The notes under the pieces are model-generated. The model saw only the letters and a program-made list of their open reading frames with translations. It did no database searches and had not been told where the DNA came from. From Neocallimastix sp. 'constans' (taxonomy: Eukaryota), in NCBI GenBank assembly GCA_050613775.1, contig JBODTK010000015.1, positions 806,001-870,000 on the forward strand: 64,000 nucleotides of DNA, in the 5' to 3' direction. Positions 55,881 through 64,000 of the stretch are shown in pieces. The translations under genes and the position numbers were made by a program. Position 1 is the first letter of the stretch. The number at the start of each line of letters is the position of its first letter.

Positions 55881-57071
55881 AAATATAAAATATTAATATA
55901 TATTAAATATTAATAACATAAAATAACAATTTATAATAATAAAAAATCACAAAATATTAGTAATTATAATTTTAAAGTAAATGATGATAATACTGTAAAT
56001 GATAATTTATATTAAAATTATTAACAATCCTTTATTCAACAAAAAAAAAATTCATGCTGATAATATTAGATTAATAAATATACATATAACTTCTTATTTT
56101 AATAGGCTTTAATACATTCAATTTTTTCTCCTTTTTTTTTTTTTTGTTAAATATAAAATAGAATAGATATAATAATAATTAAATTTGGTTATTAAATTTC
56201 ATTTTATTCATTTTACTATCTCATAAAAAAGCCCTTTAAAAAAGGAAAAAAAATATTAATTGCATAAAAATTTTTTTTCAAGAAAGAAGAAAATAAAATA
56301 TTTTTATTATTTAATCATCATATAAAGTCTGCTTTTTTTTTATTATTATTCATTATTATCATTATTTTTATTAATAAAAATTTAAAAATACATGTTTGTA
56401 CAACGCTTACCAAAAACAACAACAAAAAAAAAAAAACTAAATTATTGTGCATTAAGGATAATTCTTTTAAAAAAAAAATTAAAAATTTAAATTTTAAATT
56501 TTAAAGTTAAAATAGTTAAAAAAAAAAAGGCATAACAATAGGTATAATCTAAAATAATATGATTAAACAACTTATATTATTAATTAAAAGAAATATATTT
56601 ATATATATAAAATAAATATTAAAAATTGTTACTTTTATTATTTTTATAGAATGAAATATATTATTTAGTTAATTATTAAATATTTTAATTTATAATTTAT
56701 TATATATAAAGCACAATTTTTTTTTTTTTTTTTAATTATATACCAACATTGCGTTACATCATTAAATATAATTAACATAATTTTAATCTAATATTTATTA
56801 TAATTAGTATTATTGTTTTTTATTATTATTTTAATTGTATATATATATTTTTGATTATGGCAAATATATTTAAATAGAAAGAGTATAGATTATATTAATA
56901 TAAATATCAGTTATTTGTTAAAATGAGATGATAATAAATAGTAATATATTTTAAATATTAAAATATGTTATAATAAAAAGGACCATTTTTGAAAAATAAA
57001 ACTATTATTGTTCTAAAAATATATTTATTTCAAAAGGGTTAGAAGGAATATAAAAGGTTAGTTGAATTGCT

Positions 57072-57730
57072 GTAATGTATTTTTTCTGGGGTGTGGGGCA
57101 TTTCGCCAAATTGCATTTCGCCAGATTGCATTTCGCCAATTTTTTTGAAAGCATGTGGCGTATTAAAAAAATGTGGCATTTTGCCAAATTGCAATTCGCC
57201 AAGTTGCATTTCGCCAAATTGAAAATTATTAAATAAATAAATAAATCAATAAATAAAATTAAATATTATTAATATCACATAAAAACAATTTTAAAAAAAA
57301 TATATTTTGAATTAATATTTATTTATTTATATCAATATTCTATTTGTCGAAATGCAACCTGGCGAAAAGCAACTTGGGGAAATGCAACTTGGGGAAATGC
57401 AACATTTTAATACTACGCCACTTGTCGAAATACAACCTGGCGAAATGCAATTTGGGGAAATGCAACTCTCCCGTAATGTATTTTTTCAGGGAGTGAGGCA
57501 TTTCGCCAAGTTGCATTTCGCCAAATTGAAAATTATTTAATAAATATCAATAAATAAAATTAAATATTATTAATATAACAAGTTTAAAAAAAAATTAGTT
57601 TAAATTAATATTTATTTATTTATTCATTTATTTATATCAATACTCCACATGTCGAAATGCAACTTTTTAATACTACGCCACTTGGTGAAATGCAACCCGG
57701 TGAAATGCAATTAAGGAAATGCAACTCATT
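57072..57730. mobile_element. Two tandem foldback/MITE-like units with inverted arrays of a 15-bp subterminal repeat
   Basis: TTGCATTTCGCCAAR repeats on the left and YTTGGCGAAATGCAA-like repeats on the right of an AT-rich core. Units 57072-57471 and 57472-57730 both start GTAATGTATTTTTT. No transposase. Confidence 0.7.
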
Positions 57731-57973
57731 TTTTCCTAATAATTAAATATAAATATTTTTCCATATCTTTAGATTACTTTTATAATTATTTACAAAAATG
57801 ATTTTAACTATAAGAAAATTTTAAATAATTTTAAATAATTAAAGTTTAATTAATTTTTTAATTAAATATAATCCAATCATATTTTAATAAAATCATTCAT
57901 TAAATTTCGATGAAAATAAATAAAAAATAAAAATTATATATATTTGAAAAATTTAAGAATAACATTTTTCTAC

Positions 57974-58102
57974 ATCAGTCCCTAACATTTCTGCAGATCG
58001 TGTAAATCTTTCGCCTTTTACTAAAGATTTCCGTGTAGAATTGTTATAATGTTGGGAATATAGTAATTTTTGGAAATTTTCTTCTAATAGAAGAAAAAAT
58101 TT
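57974..58102 (+). ncRNA. U5: U5 spliceosomal snRNA
   Basis: CAGATCG..TAAATCTTTCGCCTTTTACTAAAGATTTCCGTG matches U5 stem/loop I with the invariant GCCUUUUAC. Basal stem CCCTAACATT/AATGTTGGG, Sm site AATTTTTGG at 58065-58073, then a 3' hairpin. Ends are approximate. Confidence 0.95.
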
Positions 58103-58555
58103 AAAAATTAATTAAATGTAAAAATTATTTTATTATTATATATTTTTGTTCTTATTTGAAATGTAAGGAGAATATTGTTTTATATAGAAATGTAATTCTG
58201 ATAATATAGTAGCAAAATATAAGTTATTTTATTAAAATAAATAAAAAAAAGATTTTGAACACATCAGAATTATGTAGGTCTTAAATTGTTAAATTTTAAA
58301 AAAATTATATGTCCATATTATATTTGACTGGTTATAGATTTTTTAAATTTTAATAATATATTATAATATTTCATGATCAAAAAAAAAAAGTCAAAAAAAA
58401 AAACTTTTTATGAGAGAAATGGATTATATATGATGATGGTTGTACAAAATTTTAATTAATAAAAAGAGAAAAAAAAATTGAATATTAATCAATCAATAAA
58501 TGAATGAATGAATAAATGAATGAACGAATGAATAAATAATTAAAATAAATTATTA

Positions 58556-58595
<40 letters not shown>

Positions 58596-58888
58596 ATAAC
58601 TGAAATTTAAAATACTATAATTTATATTTATTATTATTGTTATTTTTTAATATATTATTTTCTTTCCTTTTTTTTTTTTTTTTTTTTGTCTTCCATTATG
58701 AAATCATTCATATCATTCATATAATTTATATTATTTCAAAAAAAAAAAAAAAAAAAAAAAGGTATAAATGGGTTGTCCTTTGTTACCATATATGGAATTA
58801 CATACATTATTAGAAAAAAAAAATAAAAAAAAAAAAAAAAAAAAAGCATTATCATAATTTAATAATATTTAATATTAGGCTATTAAAT

Positions 58889-58919
<31 letters not shown>

Positions 58920-59356
58920 GAATAATTAAATAAATAATATCATAAAACTATTATTTATTTTATTTATTTATTTTTTTTTTTAAATCCATTCTACTTATAC
59001 ATAAAATAAAAAAGATTAAGATAATTAAGACACAATGCATTGTATTGCAAATTATAAAACTTCGGATAATTTAATTATATATATAAATATATTGTTTTAT
59101 TTTCTATTTTCTATTTTTATTAACATTATATTTTTTTTTTTTTAAGTTTTAATTGTTGAATTTTACATAAATATATATATATATTTTTTTTTCTTTGCAT
59201 GATATGTATGTGTGATTTATTAGTTTTTTAAAGTGATTGCACATTGTATTGAATTTTTTTTTTTTTTTTTTTTAACTTTTCTTTAATTTCTATTAAAATT
59301 TACTTTTTAAAATGATTTACTTGTTAAAATGATTTACTTGTTAAAATGATTTACTT

Positions 59357-59388
<32 letters not shown>

Positions 59389-59402
59389 CCTTACTAATAA
59401 AC

Positions 59403-61110
59403 TTAATTCTTACCAAGTCTGTTCTTCATGTCAGTGTAAGCCTTTAATCTGATAGATTGAATCTTAATGAAACCTTCAGAATCGAGTGGATGGAAACCAC
59501 CAGCAATATCCATAGAGGAAAGATCTTGATCATAAAGACTGTTTGGAGATGTACGACCTTCCATGGTAACGGAACCCTTGTAAAGCTTACACTTAACGGT
59601 ACCATCAATGTATTTTTGAGATTCGGTAACAGCAGCTTGAATGATTTCACGTTCAGCAGTGAACCAGTAACCGTTGTAAAGAATTTCAGATAAACGGACA
59701 CCTAAAGAATCTCTTAATCTACGAGCTTCACGATCCATAGCAAGACCTTCAAGATCAACGTGGGCAGCACGAAGAATAGTACCACCTGGGGTTTCATAAC
59801 AACCACGAGACTTGATACCAATGAAACGGTTTTCAACAATATCAACTCTACCAACACCATGCTTTCTACCGAGTTGGTTTAAGTAAAGGAAGAGGTTAAG
59901 AGCATCAGTTTCAACATGACCATCACCTAAGTTTTCAACCTTAACTGGAATACCAGCCTTGAAGGTGATAGCAATGTGTTCTGGAGTGTCTGGAGCTTCT
60001 TCTGGGTTAGTGGTAAGTTTCCACATGTTTGGTGGTGGGGTAATATTTGGATCTTCAAGGATACCAGCTTCGAATGAAATGTGGTAAAGATTTTCATCAG
60101 TACTCCATGGCTTAGCAGCAGTTTGGTGGACTGGAATACCCTTTTCAGCGGCGTAAGCAAGTAAATCACTACGACCTTGGAATCTGTTGTAAAATTCTGG
60201 AATTCTCCATGGGGCAATAACTTGGATCTTTGGGTCAATAGCATAGAAAGCTAATTCGAATCTAACTTGGTCGTTACCTTTACCAGTACAACCGTGAGAA
60301 ACAAATTGACAACCTTCTCTCTTAGCAATTTCCATTTGCTTTGCAGCAATTACTGGACGAGCTAAGGAAGTACCAAGAAGGTAAACACCTTCGTATAAAC
60401 AGTTAGCTTGAATAGCTGGGAAAATAGTGGTGTTAACAAAGTCACGACGGATATCTTCAATGTAGACAGCGGTAGCACCAATCTTTAAAGCCTTTTCCTT
60501 GGCAGCATCGAAATCTTCTTCTTGACCAATGTTAGCCATGTAACATTGAACTTCGTAACCCTATAATTAATAATTGCATAACATAACATAAAATAATATA
60601 ATATAATATAATATAACATAATAATATAATATAATAATATAATTTAATATTATATTTTTAGTTTGCTAAAACTTTTTTTTTTTTTTTTGAAACATTTTAT
60701 AATTTTATTAATAATTAACACGTCTGTTCAACCTCTTTTTTTTTTTTTTTTTTTTATTTTTTTTATTGTAGATTTAAGTTTTATAAAAATTTATTTAAAT
60801 ATATAGAATATAATAACCCAATTTTTATTTTAAGTATAAATAAATTATACATTTAATTTATTATTATAAATTTTAATGCCTTATCAATTTAAATATGACT
60901 ATTATTATCATTAATACTATTATTCTCTTTATTAATACACAATTCTATGAATTGATTTTTATATATATTTTTTTGATTTTTATAATATATATAATTGTTT
61001 TAATGGCTTTTTCTTTTTTTATTATAATTGTTAATATAATATATGCTTCGTATCCATAAGTTTTTCTTAACTTTTTTAAAATATATTCTTTTTATTTATA
61101 TAAAATATGA

Positions 61111-61146
<36 letters not shown>

Positions 61147-61182
61147 TGTATGAAAATACAATATATATAATATATAAATTTA

Positions 61183-61216
<34 letters not shown>

Positions 61217-61309
61217 TAAAATAATTACTTGTTCAATAAGCCAGGCAAGAATACAAGAAGTATCTAAACCACCAGAATAAGCTAAAAGAACCTTTCCCTT
61301 GGATGACAT
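59403..61309 (-). CDS. ARG1: Argininosuccinate synthase; exons 61309-61229, 60560-59403
   Basis: [54 protein letters not shown]. One GT..AG intron. Confidence 0.97.
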
Positions 61310-61747
61310 GATAAAATTTTTTTTTATTTTTTTTAAAAAGTAAAAATTACTTTAAATAAATATTATTATAGAATAAATTTCTAAATGACTATTTGTAACT
61401 TTTTTAAAAAAAAGAAGGAAAAATTTTTAATTTTATATACTATACAAAATTTTTAATAATGAATAACTATAATATAAATAATAATATAATAATAGATTAA
61501 TTATTTATTATTTATTATTTATTATTATTGATTACTATCAATTATATATAAATATATTATTTAATTAATTATTATTATCTATTTATATATATATTTTATT
61601 ATAATTTTTTTTTCAATAATGTATCTTAATATTAACATAAACGTATACATTAATATAAAGTCAATTATTTGTATGGAATTGAAATGAAATGAAATGATGC
61701 CATCATTTTCTATTTTCTATTTTCCATTTCCAAATTCCTTTTTAACT

Positions 61748-61784
<37 letters not shown>

Positions 61785-62429
61785 CTTTAAGAAACATAAA
61801 AAAAAAAACTATTATTATCTATTAATTATTATTATTTATTATTCCTATTCTTGTTCTTCTTATTCTTCTTATTCTTATTCCTATTCCTATTTTTATTTTT
61901 ATTTTTATTTTTATTCTTATTTTATTTTAGTTATTAATTATTATTTCATATAAATATGGGGTTTTAATATATATTATTTTATATTATTTATAGCCTTTAT
62001 AGCCTTTATAACTTTTATAATCATTTCTTATATCATTCTTATTATTAAACTAGCAATATTAAAACATACAAAGAAATCATAAAAACTTTTACATCAAAAA
62101 AAAAAAAAAAAAAAAAAAAATTTAAGATTGATATCTAAATTCACCAATCAAGTTCGTAAAAAAACACAGAAAGTGTATATGATTTTTATTTCTATTCTAT
62201 TCATATTAAAATAGAATGAAATAAAAAAAGTTAGTTTTGGATTATCCTTCCCTAAAAAAAAAAAAAAAAAACTAATTTTAATTGATATGTTATTATTTAT
62301 TTATTTATTCTTTTTATAATAAATTGATTATAATAATATATTAATAAGAATTATTATTATTAAATATTTATAAAAAAATATATATATTTTATTTATTAAT
62401 TTTTTTTGAAAAATGAACATTAAATTTAA

Positions 62430-62460
<31 letters not shown>

Positions 62461-63218
62461 TATTAAAATAATAATATTATTGAACTTGAAAAAATTAAAA
62501 TTCATTTAAAAGAAAAATCCTTCATACAAAAAAATTAAATGAAACTATCTTAATATATCTTTAGTTTTATTATTATTGCTAAAATTAATTAAAAAGAAAA
62601 ATCATTCATACACCAAATTAAATTATATTAAATTATATTAAGCTATTTTTATTATTATTGTTATATATAATAATAATAATAATATCTTTTTTATTTCTAT
62701 TTTTTTTTTTTTTTTTTTTTTTTTTCTTTTTTTCTTGATTTTGAGAATTTTTAAAGTTGGATGATAAATAAATAAATAAATAAATAATAAATAAATAAAT
62801 AATAAATAAATAAATAAATGTTTGTTAGCTAACAATATTAAAAAAAAGAAATGTTAACAACTTATAAAATTAGAATAGATATACTTTTTTTTCTTTCAAC
62901 TTCTATGAAATAAAAATAGATTATAATAAAAAAAAAAATAAACTTTTCTGTAAAAAAATACTATAAAATAAAATAATATAAAAAAACAACAAAAAATACA
63001 AAAAAAAAACAAAAAAAAACAAAAAAAAAAAGAAAAACATTACCAAAATCTTTTTTATAATATGAAATCTTTTAAAATTTAAATTTTTTTTTTTTTTTTT
63101 TAATAAAATTTTTTATTAATTAAATTAATATTATAGTTGTAGTTAAAAATTTTTTTGAACAGCATTTAAGTTGTAGTTAAAAAAATATTATTTTTTTATT
63201 ATTAGTATTATTTTTATA

Positions 63219-63252
<34 letters not shown>

Positions 63253-63377
63253 TTTACTAATAATAATAATAATAAAAAAAAATTCATACAAATAAAATGA
63301 AATAATAGAAATAATATATTTTATATAATAATATATATATACAGATATAGAGTACGTATTAATAGTTTTTATTTTTT

Positions 63378-63412
<35 letters not shown>

Positions 63413-63822
63413 TATTTATATCTTTTTCTTTTTTTTTTTTTTTTGTTTATTTTTTATTTTTTTATGATTATTCGATTTTTTTTTTAAATAAATTTATTTT
63501 TAACTTGTGTTTTTAATTGTTATTATTATTTTTAATATTGTTTTCTTTAAATTTTAAAATATATATTTCAAATCTTTATTTTCATATATATATATTATCT
63601 TATTTTAAGTTTTAAAAACTTTAAATAATTAATATTGACTAATTTATTATTATTATTATTATTATTTCAATATATATATATTATATTATATATTATTATT
63701 ATTTATTTATTATTTATTATTATTATTTTTATTATTATTATTTATTAATTATTTTTTTTTTTTTTTTTTTCAAATTATGTGACGAGTGAATTAATGATGG
63801 AATTTTTATTTTATTTTATTTT

Positions 63823-64000
63823 TTAATCTTGTAATTCATTTTCCCAACAACGGATGGTATTATCATCTGATGCTGAAACTAATAAATTTCTTGTTGGATG
63901 CCATGCCACACTGTTTACAGAAGCCGTGTGTCCTGATAAAGAACTAATTAAACATCCCTTTTTTCGATTCCATATATAAACTTTGTAGTCTTCATTTAAA
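63823..64000 (-). CDS. 3' end of a WD40-repeat protein (WDR26/Gid7-like C-terminus), partial
   Basis: Minus frame EDYKVYIWNRKKGCLISSLSGHTASVNSVAWHPTRNLLVSASDDNTIRCWENELQD*. Confidence 0.85.
   Translation of the reverse strand, partial: LNEDYKVYIWNRKKGCLISSLSGHTASVNSVAWHPTRNLLVSASDDNTIRCWENELQD

Noticed and set aside
57089..57730. 15-bp repeats as a CRISPR array; AKCNL/GEMQ ORFs
   Set aside because: Eukaryotic context, no unique spacers, inverted arrangement. The ORFs are translations of the repeat.

Overview
Extremely AT-rich, intron-containing eukaryotic DNA. It is almost certainly an anaerobic gut fungus (Neocallimastigomycota), because it encodes the hydrogenosomal succinyl-CoA synthetase beta subunit with the [16 protein letters not shown] presequence. 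The left third (about 3.0-23.3 kb) is a same-orientation stack of minus-strand non-LTR retrotransposons from three families, each with a single APE-RT ORF (A x3, B x1, C fragment). Each poly(A)-tailed copy sits inside the 5' leader of another copy. The junctions include 14-bp and 12-bp target-site duplications, one exact 107-bp duplication and a mosaic templated 5' junction. The rest of the window holds two ankyrin pseudogenes, scsB, an intronless HNH nuclease gene, an 8-exon GH47/EDEM-like mannosidase, a decayed Ty1/copia element, a PKA catalytic subunit, a foldback/MITE-like repeat, a U5 snRNA gene, argininosuccinate synthase, the 3' end of a WD40 gene, and two unexplained structured GC-richer islands (38.0-38.4 kb and 46.0-46.3 kb). 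Exon boundaries and alignments were read by eye.
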